From IMG/VR virus record IMGVR_UViG_3300046463_001154, positions 15,842-79,841 of that record: a stretch of DNA of 64,000 bases, one strand, 5' to 3'. The notes under the pieces were generated by a model that did no database searches, was not told where the DNA came from, and saw only the letters and a program-made list of their open reading frames with translations. The position numbers and the translations under genes were made by a program. This DNA comes from a virus. Below, piece after piece: positions 8,855 to 18,101 of the stretch. Position 1 is the first letter of the stretch. Each line of letters begins with the position of its first letter.

Positions 8855-9964
8855 GCTGAATGGAGTTCTCGTGGGGTTCGCCTTAGCGAGAATTCCGTCC
8901 AGTTCCTCTATGACGTCTTGCTGCACGAGCGGGTCCATGACGCCATCGAAGAGACGTTCCTGAGACCATCCGAGGAAGGTTCTGTTGATGAGATTGAGAT
9001 CCGCCTGATTCCGTGTCTCTGGGGTATCCTTCGCCATCGTGAGTACGAAGTCCAGCGCGGGAAGACGAGAGATCGCCAGTCCCCACATCACCTGCCGGGT
9101 CGGCGCCATGTCAGGCACGTGCATCGCCTGTTCCATATTTTCCTTTACGGCGGCCGGGACGCTCTGCAGAACGCCCACGAAGTCCTTGCCTGTCTTCACG
9201 AGATTGCTGAGCACGATCTCGTAGCAGCTATCCACCTTGGACGAGTAGTCAATCAGCGCAAACGGATGGCGCTTGATCGATTGTCCGACAGCATCGCCAG
9301 ACCGCAACTTTCTGATGCGGTTGAAAAGTGCTTGGTCGAGGTGACTGAACAGCATGTTCGGCAGCAAGTACATGTGCACGAACATCATGGTCGACTTCTC
9401 GCTGTCCAGCCCCCCTGTGATGCGATCCTGCTCCCGTCTGAATGCCCGGTACTGAATCATCAGCATCGGGACGTTGATCGCGATTACCACGAGCCCGGTC
9501 TCGGTCCCCGTCAGGTACCCATTCGGCACGTTCAGGTAGATGTCGCTTCTAGGATGGCGCAGCACCCGCACTGGCGTCACGTTCTCCCAGTCTCGGTCGG
9601 CCCGGTCGAAGTCGAACGGTTCGGTATGGGCGATTACGATCTCGTCATGCCCTGGACCGTAGAAGTCACCGTCGAACAAGCTTCCGCGATTGATGGACGA
9701 AGTCATTTTTAACGCCGTCGCCCGATTTAATGAAACAGCATCGACGTTCGCGTAGTAGCGCTCGAGATTGTGCGACAGCGGCACGTTCACCGTTTGGATG
9801 AGCTTCACCAGGAGGTGATTCCCCTTCACGGCCATCGGTGCGTTTCGATAGTAGCGGATCACCTGCGTGATGTTGCGCATCAGCCCTTCCCGGACGTACG
9901 GCCATAAAGACGGGACTTGGATGCCTTGGAGTGCCCGAGGCACCAGATTGAAGAGCGTGTGCAT
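8837..9964 (-). CDS. Conserved phiKZ-like protein, probably virion-associated (phiKZ gp52-like)
   Basis: 375-aa minus-strand ORF between the DNA polymerase and chimallin genes, the conserved arrangement in this family. Confidence 0.6.
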   Translation of the reverse strand: MHTLFNLVPRALQGIQVPSLWPYVREGLMRNITQVIRYYRNAPMAVKGNHLLVKLIQTVNVPLSHNLERYYANVDAVSLNRATALKMTSSINRGSLFDGDFYGPGHDEIVIAHTEPFDFDRADRDWENVTPVRVLRHPRSDIYLNVPNGYLTGTETGLVVIAINVPMLMIQYRAFRREQDRITGGLDSEKSTMMFVHMYLLPNMLFSHLDQALFNRIRKLRSGDAVGQSIKRHPFALIDYSSKVDSCYEIVLSNLVKTGKDFVGVLQSVPAAVKENMEQAMHVPDMAPTRQVMWGLAISRLPALDFVLTMAKDTPETRNQADLNLINRTFLGWSQERLFDGVMDPLVQQDVIEELDGILAKANPTRTPFSSTASV

Positions 9965-10014
9965 AGCGCAGCATCCAGTTAGAAATTGATAGGTTCATAA
10001 AATTCGAGGCTGCC

Positions 10015-10269
10015 TTGAACAAGATCTTCCCTCCCCGTGCGATGCAGCCTGAGTTGCGCCGCGGCCAGAAGGTGACTATTCGACTATCGGGCGCGGAAGT
10101 CGTCCAGCAGTTGACCTTTGGCGGCTTAGAACCTGTTAGCCGTGAAAGCTATCTGGACCTGCTCGAATGCGCAGAACCGGATTCGCCGGATCAGATCCGC
10201 GCACGCGCTCGTGCGCTTGGCGACAAGAAGACACACAACGCGCGTGGGCGCCGCTGGTGGGACAGATGA
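10015..10269 (+). CDS. Small basic protein ending NARGRRWWDR
   Basis: 84 aa; shares a C-terminal motif with two downstream ORFs. Confidence 0.5.
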   Translation: MNKIFPPRAMQPELRRGQKVTIRLSGAEVVQQLTFGGLEPVSRESYLDLLECAEPDSPDQIRARARALGDKKTHNARGRRWWDR

Positions 10270-10748
10270 AGGCGCTCGATTCAGTGATGTTGCAGGTACT
10301 CGCCTACGGCAAACTCAAACCCGGCTGGAACACGCAGGAAAGCGTGCCGCCGACGCTGGAGGCCGTGAAGCTTGGCTGCGAATTTCTTCGCACGATTCCC
10401 GATGGCTTCCCGCTGCCCGGGACCATGTTGAGCGATAACGGATCCCTCGGCTTCTACTGGCATGCAAATCAGCGCCACTACATCGACCTAGAGATCGAAG
10501 CGGACCGGGACCTCTTCTCCTTCTTCGGAGTGAAGAAAGAGACCGGCGACGAACCTCGCGAAGAGACCTATCTTCCTGAGCTAACGATCGCGCACTTTTC
10601 CGTTCCGTTCTATATCGAGCACTTCAGTGCAATACGAGACGAATATGCGAAACAACCAGCGACAGTCCGGGATGGCGAGGCTAGCGGCGTTGACTCTCCT
10701 GACCACCGCCACCAACGGGAACGACACGACGCTTTACGGGCGGGATGA
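10266..10748 (+). CDS. Hypothetical protein (GW...PP...G.LGFYW family seen in mobile elements)
   Basis: ATGA overlap with the upstream ORF; LKPGWNTQESVPP and DNGSLGFYW. Confidence 0.55.
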   Translation: MKALDSVMLQVLAYGKLKPGWNTQESVPPTLEAVKLGCEFLRTIPDGFPLPGTMLSDNGSLGFYWHANQRHYIDLEIEADRDLFSFFGVKKETGDEPREETYLPELTIAHFSVPFYIEHFSAIRDEYAKQPATVRDGEASGVDSPDHRHQRERHDALRAG

Positions 10749-10878
10749 CACTTACACCGACATGAACGCCCGGCCCTTCGGCGAGCGGCTACCTCAGCCG
10801 ACCTTCGGCAACCGCGCCGAGCGACGCGGCCAGCGCGATTCGTCGAACAAGCGGGGACAGTGGTGGAACCGAAAATAA
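10645..10878 (+). CDS. Small basic protein ending NKRGQWWNRK
   Basis: 77 aa from ATG 10645; contains GNRAERR; overlaps the upstream ORF by about 100 nt. Confidence 0.4.
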   Translation: MRNNQRQSGMARLAALTLLTTATNGNDTTLYGRDDTYTDMNARPFGERLPQPTFGNRAERRGQRDSSNKRGQWWNRK

Positions 10879-11255
10879 TCATCTTTTACACGCCCGGTCG
10901 GGATGACGGGATCGTCTCGGAATTCTTGCGGACGGCGAGGCTGCCTCCCGTCTGGGTGCCGATCGAATGGTGCACTGACGAGCTGCGGCAACGCCCCCAT
11001 GAAAGTACGCAGCCCACCGTGACTGCGTCCCACGAAGAGGCAGTCTCGCGCTTCGCGGGAGCCATTCAGCTAGTCGGTCGAACTACGTACCAATCCTTTC
11101 AGGGCGCGTTTAGCAGCGCGTTCGCCCTACCCGAACCGGGACCGCTGCCGGACGAGGGAGATCCGAAGACTAGAAACAAAGTCGCCCGTAAAAAGCGCGA
11201 AGCGACAAAGGCGTCGCAAAATGCCCGCGGACGTAAATGGTGGGAGCATCGATAA
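10860..11255 (+). CDS. Hypothetical protein ending NARGRKWWEHR
   Basis: 131 aa with a basic C-terminus carrying the shared motif. Confidence 0.55.
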   Translation: MVEPKIIIFYTPGRDDGIVSEFLRTARLPPVWVPIEWCTDELRQRPHESTQPTVTASHEEAVSRFAGAIQLVGRTTYQSFQGAFSSAFALPEPGPLPDEGDPKTRNKVARKKREATKASQNARGRKWWEHR

Positions 11256-11545
11256 TGGGCCGTCGTAAATGCGAATTGCTTTCGGGCGAATCCGAACCGG
11301 ATCCGATTATTGTTAAATCGCCGGATAATCGTCCGGTTTTACGGACTCTGATTCTCGAATTCCCGAAACCGTCGACGGGCTATTCGTATTCGCTCTTCGC
11401 GGCGGAAGTACGGCGCGACATCCGGTGGGGCATCTTCGGTCATTTGTCGGAGCGCGACTGGGAAACTGCGCTGGCCCGCCGCGAGGTCGTGATCTCGCCG
11501 AGCGGGTCGTTCGTTACAGTCAATGCAATAGTCGGTCCGCGGTAA
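11255..11545 (+). CDS. Hypothetical protein
   Basis: TAATG overlap with the upstream stop. Confidence 0.45.
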   Translation: MGRRKCELLSGESEPDPIIVKSPDNRPVLRTLILEFPKPSTGYSYSLFAAEVRRDIRWGIFGHLSERDWETALARREVVISPSGSFVTVNAIVGPR

Positions 11546-12320
11546 TACTTACTGCTTTCTTGTAACGAGCCGCAACAATCGAAGTTTGCAAATTTTGACA
11601 CGATCGGGGGTGAGCACCGTTATACGGGTGTAAGGATAGCCTAAGCTTTCGCCTACGAACGTCCGGTCTTTTTCGATCGCTGGGCCACGGCAAAAGTTCG
11701 ACAAGATCGGTAAGTCAGGGTCCGCTTAAAAGTGTGCGGCAAACGCAACACCGTATCGATCGGCACAAATTGCCGTTGAAAGCGTTTGCGTAAGGGTGAA
11801 CCCTCATAAGCCATAGGTTTCGGTGTGTCAAAGGGACAGAGTCGAAAGTTACCTTACGGTTTTATTCTTTAGCCCTCGAATTTCGCAAAAAATTATTTCT
11901 TCCTTGTGAAACATTTTGTTGCAGAGTAAGAGTAGAGTTCGACTCCAACAGCGACACTTAAGAAGTCACGTGAAGCAAGCTTTACCGGTAACAGTGAGAC
12001 CGCAAGATCGCTCTACGACTACGCAATACAAAAGCACCGCCAACGCACTGCCAGCACTATTGAAATAAACACAACCTCACGCCCAGACCCATTGAGAGTT
12101 ACGTTCTCGTAACGGCAACTGACTTTTGGTAAAAAATTACGCCGCTCGGTATATGTTGTAGGAGAAGATCTCGCGATCCGACCCAGCGACCAGTCGATGA
12201 GACTCGGTCGACCGGCACCCCCGTAATCCCCTTTGAAAGATTTCCTCCTCGTTGAGGAGTGCTTAAACACGTCCGTAACAAAAGCCTTTCGGCGTCGCTG
12301 ATTCTAAATAGTTTCAGGCA
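11546..12320. ncRNA. Candidate structured non-coding region upstream of chmA
   Basis: About 780 nt with no credible ORF, lower GC, many hairpins and long-range complementary segments. Confidence 0.35.
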
Positions 12321-12337
12321 CATATCACCAGCCTGAC
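12321..12337 (+). promoter_or_regulatory. Putative phage early (vRNAP) promoter of chmA
   Basis: CATATCAC-N5-TGAC; the motif recurs upstream of five other genes and resembles the phiKZ early consensus TATATTAC. Confidence 0.65.
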
Positions 12338-12406
12338 ACTAGACAGAAAAGGATTAGTGTTCGCGCGATCATTAACCTGATTTAGAGAAGAAAAGGAAAC
12401 AAAACC

Positions 12407-14374
12407 ATGGCAGTCAATACCGGCAACAACAACCGCGCAGCGGCAGCAGAAGCGACCTCGATGGCAGCAGCATTCAGCCGTCAACAGGAGCAGTCGGCAC
12501 AAGGTCAGCAGCAAGCAGCACCGAGCGCATCACAGCGCCCGCAACAGCGCACCCGTCTGTCCGATCTGGGAAGCCTCGCGCGTTCGGCAATGGGCCGCAA
12601 CCCGCAAAGCGAAGTGATCACGAAGCTGAGCAAGGCGCTCGAAGCCGCGTTCGCCGGCATCGACAAGAGCTACGAAGTCACGCTCATCCCCATCGACTAC
12701 AACAACACGCAGTCGCTGGTGAAGTCGGTGATCGTCGTCGCAATGCGCGACCTGATGAACAAGGACACGGGCGTGGCCTGCCACACCCTGATCCTGGAAG
12801 GGTCGAGCGAGCCGCTGCAAGTCGGCTACCAGATGATCAACAACCAGAACGTCGAAATCCTGCGCGTGGCCGGCGACGTCAACAACAAGACGCTGTCTGA
12901 CGAAGTGCTGGCAGCCGTGTCGCGCACCTTCCCCGGCATGCCGATTTGGCCGGTGGACGCATGCGTGGTGCCGCGTGACTTCAACGTCGATGACGTGACG
13001 CTGGTTCACGAGCTGGCAGCGAACGCTGCAACGGCTTGCACGACTGAACTCGAAGTGCGTCAGCCGGGCGGCTTCGCGGACCTGGACCTGGGCACCGTTG
13101 AGCAAGAGAACTCGCTGACCGTTCAGCCGACGTTCGGCAACGGCCAGTCGCGTGACATGGTCGGCGCACCGGTTCGTTCGGACATCGTGATCGACTTCCG
13201 TGCAGGCGGCCAGGAGATTCCGGGTCAGCAAGGCGTGACGCAGCGCGTGTCGCAGATCTCGCGCATCAGCGGCTACATGGACCTCGCATGGGCACCGGCC
13301 GAGCAGCAGACGCAAGCGTTCAATCCGTGGGTCGCACCGCAGGCGCAGCCGGCGTCGCCCGACGAGTTCAAGCGCTATCGTCCGCGCTTCGTGATGACCG
13401 ATCTCGAGTCGGTCAAGCTGCTCACGATTCCGGCGCAACTGCTGGCACTCGTGACGGCGTTCACGCTGGCTGAGAACAACGCATGGGTTGAAGCGTTCCG
13501 TCCGGCTCCGATGAGCAACAGCGCGGAAGTGGACTGGAAGGACATCGGCGCGATCGGCATCGAAGCGAACTTCGAGAAGAACCCGAACGGCTTCGGCTCG
13601 CGCGTCGATACGAAGTCGGATGCGTTCCAGCGCGGTCAAGGTCAAGCAGGCGATCACCTCCTGCGTCTGGTCGGCTCGGTCATCACGCCGAAACTGATCC
13701 TGTCGCTGGACGTGCCCGAGTGCGGTCCGCAGACGTGGTTCAACGGCATCTTCGCAGCATCCGGTGAACTGACCGGCAACAACTGGCAGAAGGCGAATGA
13801 GATCATCGTCCGCGCGGCGAACGTGCTCACGCACGGCAACTTCAGCCGTTACTTCCAGGCCGGTGGCCGCGTGGCGTCCGACGAATTCAACCGCATCCAT
13901 CTGGGTTGGTACGTCGACCGTCATGGCGTGAAGCGTGACCTGCGTGACATCGATTACCTGGCCGTGCTCAACATGGTCGGCGATCGTGATCCGGAAGTTG
14001 CCCGCGAATGGTCGGACTCGTTCGCACGTACGAACATGGACCTGCAAGTTCGTCTGGCGAAGCGCAAGCAGATCATCGAAGGCGTGCTCGGCAAGAACAA
14101 CGTCGAGTTCACCGGCTTCGCGCGTCGCGTGACGTTCGACCCGGCGTTCATCGTCGCGCTGCTGAATGCGTGCAAGGACACGGGCCTCTCGGTCCGCACC
14201 ATCGCACCGATGACGGATCTGAACCAGTACGAGCGCGCGGTGAACCCGTACGTGATCTCGGCTGGTCTGGATACGGCGTCGCTCAACGGCTCGGTGTTCA
14301 ACCGCGGCTTCGCGCATTCGCAGCAACAGCAGTACGGCGCTCGCGCGGGCTTCAGCCGCTGGTCGCAGCAGTAA
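12407..14374 (+). CDS. chmA: Chimallin, phage nuclear shell protein (phiKZ gp54/PhuN-like)
   Basis: 655 aa with low-complexity N- and C-terminal extensions, strong RBS, highly biased codons and its own terminator; lies directly upstream of the nvRNAP beta' gene as in Chimalliviridae; RIHLGWY...RDLRDIDYLAVLN segment. Confidence 0.85.
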   Translation: MAVNTGNNNRAAAAEATSMAAAFSRQQEQSAQGQQQAAPSASQRPQQRTRLSDLGSLARSAMGRNPQSEVITKLSKALEAAFAGIDKSYEVTLIPIDYNNTQSLVKSVIVVAMRDLMNKDTGVACHTLILEGSSEPLQVGYQMINNQNVEILRVAGDVNNKTLSDEVLAAVSRTFPGMPIWPVDACVVPRDFNVDDVTLVHELAANAATACTTELEVRQPGGFADLDLGTVEQENSLTVQPTFGNGQSRDMVGAPVRSDIVIDFRAGGQEIPGQQGVTQRVSQISRISGYMDLAWAPAEQQTQAFNPWVAPQAQPASPDEFKRYRPRFVMTDLESVKLLTIPAQLLALVTAFTLAENNAWVEAFRPAPMSNSAEVDWKDIGAIGIEANFEKNPNGFGSRVDTKSDAFQRGQGQAGDHLLRLVGSVITPKLILSLDVPECGPQTWFNGIFAASGELTGNNWQKANEIIVRAANVLTHGNFSRYFQAGGRVASDEFNRIHLGWYVDRHGVKRDLRDIDYLAVLNMVGDRDPEVAREWSDSFARTNMDLQVRLAKRKQIIEGVLGKNNVEFTGFARRVTFDPAFIVALLNACKDTGLSVRTIAPMTDLNQYERAVNPYVISAGLDTASLNGSVFNRGFAHSQQQQYGARAGFSRWSQQ

Positions 14375-14416
14375 GCAGTAGTGCCTGCGCCTCGCTCACG
14401 CGGGGTGCAGTTGGGC

Positions 14417-14466
14417 GGAGGGGGCGAAAGCCCTCTCCCCTCTCTTTATGCCGTCTTTCTTTTTTT
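14417..14466 (+). terminator. chmA terminator
   Basis: ggagggggc-GAAA-gccctctcc, then TATGCCGTC and a T-run. Confidence 0.75.
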
Positions 14467-14513
14467 GGTCATCACACGCGGCTAGACCACCGCAGCTGTA
14501 GAGAAAAACGAAG

Positions 14514-14654
14514 ATGAACGTGTGGATGATGGTCGGTACGGCTGGACTGACAGCCGTTTCCCTTGCCCTGGTGATCAGTGGCGTGCTCGCTTACACCTCG
14601 ATCGCTCCTCAACGAGGAGTTGGAAACAAGAAGTCGATTGACTCGTCGGGTTGA
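14514..14654 (+). CDS. Small single-TM protein (46 aa, not in the ORF track)
   Basis: Manual translation MNVWMMVGTAGLTAVSLALVISGVLAYTSIAPQRGVGNKKSIDSSG; fills the intergenic gap. Confidence 0.45.
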   Translation: MNVWMMVGTAGLTAVSLALVISGVLAYTSIAPQRGVGNKKSIDSSG

Positions 14655-14669
14655 AACGAAATTCGGCGA

Positions 14670-14686
14670 TATATCACTAGCTTGAA
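14670..14686 (+). promoter_or_regulatory. Putative early promoter of the nvRNAP beta' operon
   Basis: TATATCAC-tagct-TGAA. Confidence 0.65.
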
Positions 14687-14778
14687 TAGATTGCAAGGCG
14701 ATTTTTATTTCACCACGCAATCGTAAGAGCAGCAAAACGATCCCCAATCAAGCAGTTGCACCAAGCAAGGAGAACACG

Positions 14779-16308
14779 GTGGGCGTATTCCTCCAACTCG
14801 TGAACCAGGACGAAGTTTTCAACCATTTCTCGTCCAAGGAACCGATCATCATCAACGACCTCTCGGACACGTCCGAAGAGGAAAAAGAACACATCTACAA
14901 CCTGATTTTCACGAAGTACGATCTCATCAACTCGGATCTGCTTTCGAACATCCCGTCGTGCGATTGCGGCAACACGGTCGGTGTCGACAAGCTCGGGGAT
15001 GGGACGTACATCAAGGCGGTTGTTTGCCCGGACTGCCATACCGAAGTGACCGCGCCGCATCAGCGCGATCTCGAACCGCTGATCTGGCTGCGCGCACCAA
15101 AGGGCGTGACTGCGCTGATCAACCCGACGGTCTGGACGATGATTGCGGAGCGCTTCGAGAAGAGCAACTTCGACGTGATGCGCTGGATCGTGGACGTCAA
15201 TTACAAGTCGGCCGTGAAAGAGCCGCCTGTGATGGAGTACATCCGCAAGGCGAACATTCCGCGAGGCTACAACAACTTCGTGGAGAACTTCGATCAGATC
15301 ATGGACTTCATGTTCAATCTGAAGTTCTACAGCAAGAAGAAGCTCGCTCCGCTCAAGCAGCTGCTGCAAGAACAGCGCGACTGCATCTTCTCAAAGTACA
15401 TGCCGCTGCCCAACCGGTCGCTGCTCGTGTTGGAAGACACGAACCACGGCTCGTACACGGACGCAACCGCACCTGTCGCTGTGGACGCGATCCTGATGAT
15501 GGTGGGTATCGACGCGCCCCTCTCCGTTCACTCCGAGCGAGTGAAGGAGAACCGCACGATCAAGATGATCATCCAGACGGCGCAGTACTACGACGAGACG
15601 ATGCGTACGGTCCTCGCGAAGAAGGAAGGCATTTTCCGCAAGCACGTCTATGGAACGCGCGCGCACTTCAGCTTTCGCGCAGTGATTAGCTCGCTCACGG
15701 ATAGCCATGACTACGACGAAGTGCACATTCCCTGGGGCATCGGTATCGCGGTGTTCGAACTGCATCTGAAGAACCGGATGATGCGCCAGGGCATGACGCC
15801 GTCCGAAGCGGATGCGTACCTGCTCGATCACGCGGCGAAGTACTGCCCGATGCTCGAACAGATGTTCCACGACTTCATCGAACGTTCGCCGTACAAGGGC
15901 GTTCCAATCGTGCTGCAACGGAACCCGTCGCTCGCCCGTTCCTCGGCGCAGGCCATGTTCATCACGAAGGTGAAGAGCGAGCCGGCGATCCCCACGATCT
16001 CGATGAGTATTCTGTCGGTGGTGGGCTTCAACGCAGACTTCGACGGCGACCAGCTCAACGCAACGTTGTCGCTCGATTTCGTGACGGCCGAAGAGCTGTA
16101 TCGACTTGCACCGCACCAGAGCGTGTTCGACATGAACGCCCCGCGTACGGTGTCGCGCAACCTGTCGATGCCGAAGACCGTGATTGCGACGATCAGCAAC
16201 TGGATTCACTGGGACGAGCCGGAACAGCCCGATCCCGAAGTTCTGCGTCGCATGGCCGCTATTCCCGAAGCACCGCCTGCTTCGGAACCGGTTCCTGCTA
16301 TCCATTAA
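14779..16308 (+). CDS. Non-virion RNA polymerase beta'-like subunit, N-terminal part (phiKZ gp55-like)
   Basis: Zn motif CDCG...CPDC, KEGIFRKHVYGTR, RNPSL and catalytic NADFDGD; GTG start with AAGGAG. Confidence 0.92.
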   Translation: MGVFLQLVNQDEVFNHFSSKEPIIINDLSDTSEEEKEHIYNLIFTKYDLINSDLLSNIPSCDCGNTVGVDKLGDGTYIKAVVCPDCHTEVTAPHQRDLEPLIWLRAPKGVTALINPTVWTMIAERFEKSNFDVMRWIVDVNYKSAVKEPPVMEYIRKANIPRGYNNFVENFDQIMDFMFNLKFYSKKKLAPLKQLLQEQRDCIFSKYMPLPNRSLLVLEDTNHGSYTDATAPVAVDAILMMVGIDAPLSVHSERVKENRTIKMIIQTAQYYDETMRTVLAKKEGIFRKHVYGTRAHFSFRAVISSLTDSHDYDEVHIPWGIGIAVFELHLKNRMMRQGMTPSEADAYLLDHAAKYCPMLEQMFHDFIERSPYKGVPIVLQRNPSLARSSAQAMFITKVKSEPAIPTISMSILSVVGFNADFDGDQLNATLSLDFVTAEELYRLAPHQSVFDMNAPRTVSRNLSMPKTVIATISNWIHWDEPEQPDPEVLRRMAAIPEAPPASEPVPAIH

Positions 16309-16321
16309 CGCGAGGTGAGAA

Positions 16322-16942
16322 ATGGTAATGATCGTTCAGGGTAATTCCCAGACGTTCAACAGTCTCGTGTACGGCGCCCAGAAGCATCCGGGCACCCTCT
16401 CGTTTCTGGAGAACCAGGTGCAGCAGTTCAGCGGAGCGTTGACGGAGTTTGGCCAAGCGTTTTTCAACTCGGCGAAGCATCTCTACGAGAGCTTCAACAG
16501 TTCGGAAGCGATGCGGATTGCGCGTGCAGCGACGCGTAAGTTCGATAGCTTGTTCATGAGCGACAAAATCCAGAGCATCTGGGATCTGGGTCGGCTGCAG
16601 CATGCCCCGCTCACAATGCAGCGCTGGATCATGGCGCAGGAAGACGTGCGTACGCTCTATCACCAGCAGCGATGCGACGGTTACTCGCAGACGTACTTCG
16701 ACGTCGAGCCGGGTCGTCGCGGTGTGGAGCAGTACGATTGGCGCCGCATTCATCACGGCGTGGTGCAGGACACGGAAGACGGTGGCTGGGTGGTTCACCA
16801 CTATCTCGACGAGATCCACGAAGGTGATCGCGAACTGGAATTCGAGGAGAAGGTTGACATCCTGAACACCCACGACGTGATCCGTGCCTACGTCGAGATG
16901 GGGCAGGACGATCCGACCTCGAAGTGGAACGAAAGGCTGTAA
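16322..16942 (+). CDS. Conserved Chimalliviridae protein (possibly phiKZ gp59/Imp3-like)
   Basis: 206 aa with GAGGTG RBS; orthology from gene order only. Confidence 0.5.
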   Translation: MVMIVQGNSQTFNSLVYGAQKHPGTLSFLENQVQQFSGALTEFGQAFFNSAKHLYESFNSSEAMRIARAATRKFDSLFMSDKIQSIWDLGRLQHAPLTMQRWIMAQEDVRTLYHQQRCDGYSQTYFDVEPGRRGVEQYDWRRIHHGVVQDTEDGGWVVHHYLDEIHEGDRELEFEEKVDILNTHDVIRAYVEMGQDDPTSKWNERL

Positions 16943-17062
16943 GAAGGTGATCCCGGGAGATGAAAGTCTTCCGGGCTACCCTTCGTTATCCTTTCTTTTT
17001 TGCTTGGCCGAAGGTATCGATCGGCAGATTTTATGTTCCCCTTTGATACTGTGAGTCCCGCC

Positions 17063-17497
17063 ATGCCAATTCCCGTGCCGTCACTTTCTACCGGTGGTTG
17101 GGTAGTGTCACCGCAGCAGAAAGCCGACTTGCTGATGGCGCACATCTACGAGTCGATGAACAACCAGACGTACACCTACCCGGGCAACATCACCAGTATT
17201 CAGTATGTCATCGAAAAGCATGCTGGTGACATTCCCGGCACGTGCGAGGGCGTTCAGGTCGCGATGGAGGCGTACCTCCAGCGCTACTACGACGACGTGA
17301 GCGTCCAGGTTGGAAGCGATAACAGCGACGGAACCGGTCTTGTGACGTTGATGGTCTACGCGCAGGTAACCGAGGACGGCGTGACATATCCGTACTCCGG
17401 TCTCATCCAGGCAAGCAATTCCAAGTTCATCAAAGCCGTGAATCTGAACAACACCGGACAGTCGGTGGCGGCCAACGTCATTCAGCAAGCACCATGA
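17063..17497 (+). CDS. Probable virion/baseplate protein
   Basis: MPIPVPSLSTGGWV start; size and YLQRYYDDVSVQV segment suggest a gp25-like fold; position is conserved. Confidence 0.45.
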   Translation: MPIPVPSLSTGGWVVSPQQKADLLMAHIYESMNNQTYTYPGNITSIQYVIEKHAGDIPGTCEGVQVAMEAYLQRYYDDVSVQVGSDNSDGTGLVTLMVYAQVTEDGVTYPYSGLIQASNSKFIKAVNLNNTGQSVAANVIQQAP

Positions 17498-18090
17498 TTT
17501 CCGACATCAAACCGATCACGCCCCAGGGTCCCGCGTTCGAAGAGGTGCCCACGCCGGGTCAGGCACCGGCATGGCTCGAAAGCCTGTTCCGTCGAATCAA
17601 CAAGTCGATCCTCGACGTCGTGCACTTCGAGCAACATGAATACCTCGATATCCGCAAGCTGCCGCATGCACTGAAACCCAGTGAAGTGCTGACCAAGCCG
17701 CACCTGATGCAGGACGGCTCGATCATCGTTCAGACGGTGTTCCCTATCGCGGTCGACAACTGTTTCGTGGTCGTCTATACGCCGATCTTCGAGAACGGCG
17801 ACGACGCAATGATGGGTCAGCAGCCGGACGATGTCTCCGTCATCGACTTCAAGCTCTTCTGTTATCAGGAGCGCGGCCGCTTCGCCTACGAGAACGTACC
17901 GCAGACGCCTTCACCTGCAATCGCAGCGGAACTCAAGCGTCAGTCCCATGCACTGGGACTTCGCAACATGCAGTTCCTGTACTTCACCGTGCTCAAGCCG
18001 AACGTTGCGGAAGCTTTCGATGATCCGAACGGTTACGGCAAAGCGGCGGCCTCTGCTGTGTCGGACGGTCCGACGCCCGCAGCCGACTAA
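17494..18090 (+). CDS. Hypothetical protein
   Basis: 198 aa, ATGA-coupled. Confidence 0.65.
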   Translation: MISDIKPITPQGPAFEEVPTPGQAPAWLESLFRRINKSILDVVHFEQHEYLDIRKLPHALKPSEVLTKPHLMQDGSIIVQTVFPIAVDNCFVVVYTPIFENGDDAMMGQQPDDVSVIDFKLFCYQERGRFAYENVPQTPSPAIAAELKRQSHALGLRNMQFLYFTVLKPNVAEAFDDPNGYGKAAASAVSDGPTPAAD

Positions 18091-18101
18091 GGAGCGCGAG
18101 C

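Noticed and set aside
11803-11831. Minus-strand TTGACA-N17-TATGAG sigma70 promoter
   Set aside because: The -10 element lacks the conserved final T, there is no adjacent minus-strand gene, and the -35 is also explained by RNA pairing.
11925-11960. tRNA-like T-loop GAGTTCGACTC
   Set aside because: I could not build a cloverleaf, acceptor stem or CCA end; kept only as part of the ncRNA candidate.
12530-14326. 598-aa antisense ORF over chmA, and similar long shadows such as 45528-47216, 58054-59514, 59556-61223, 19507-20700 and 55133-56236
   Set aside because: These mirror real genes with strong G/C third-position bias, which removes stops on the opposite strand; they show no motifs or RBS.
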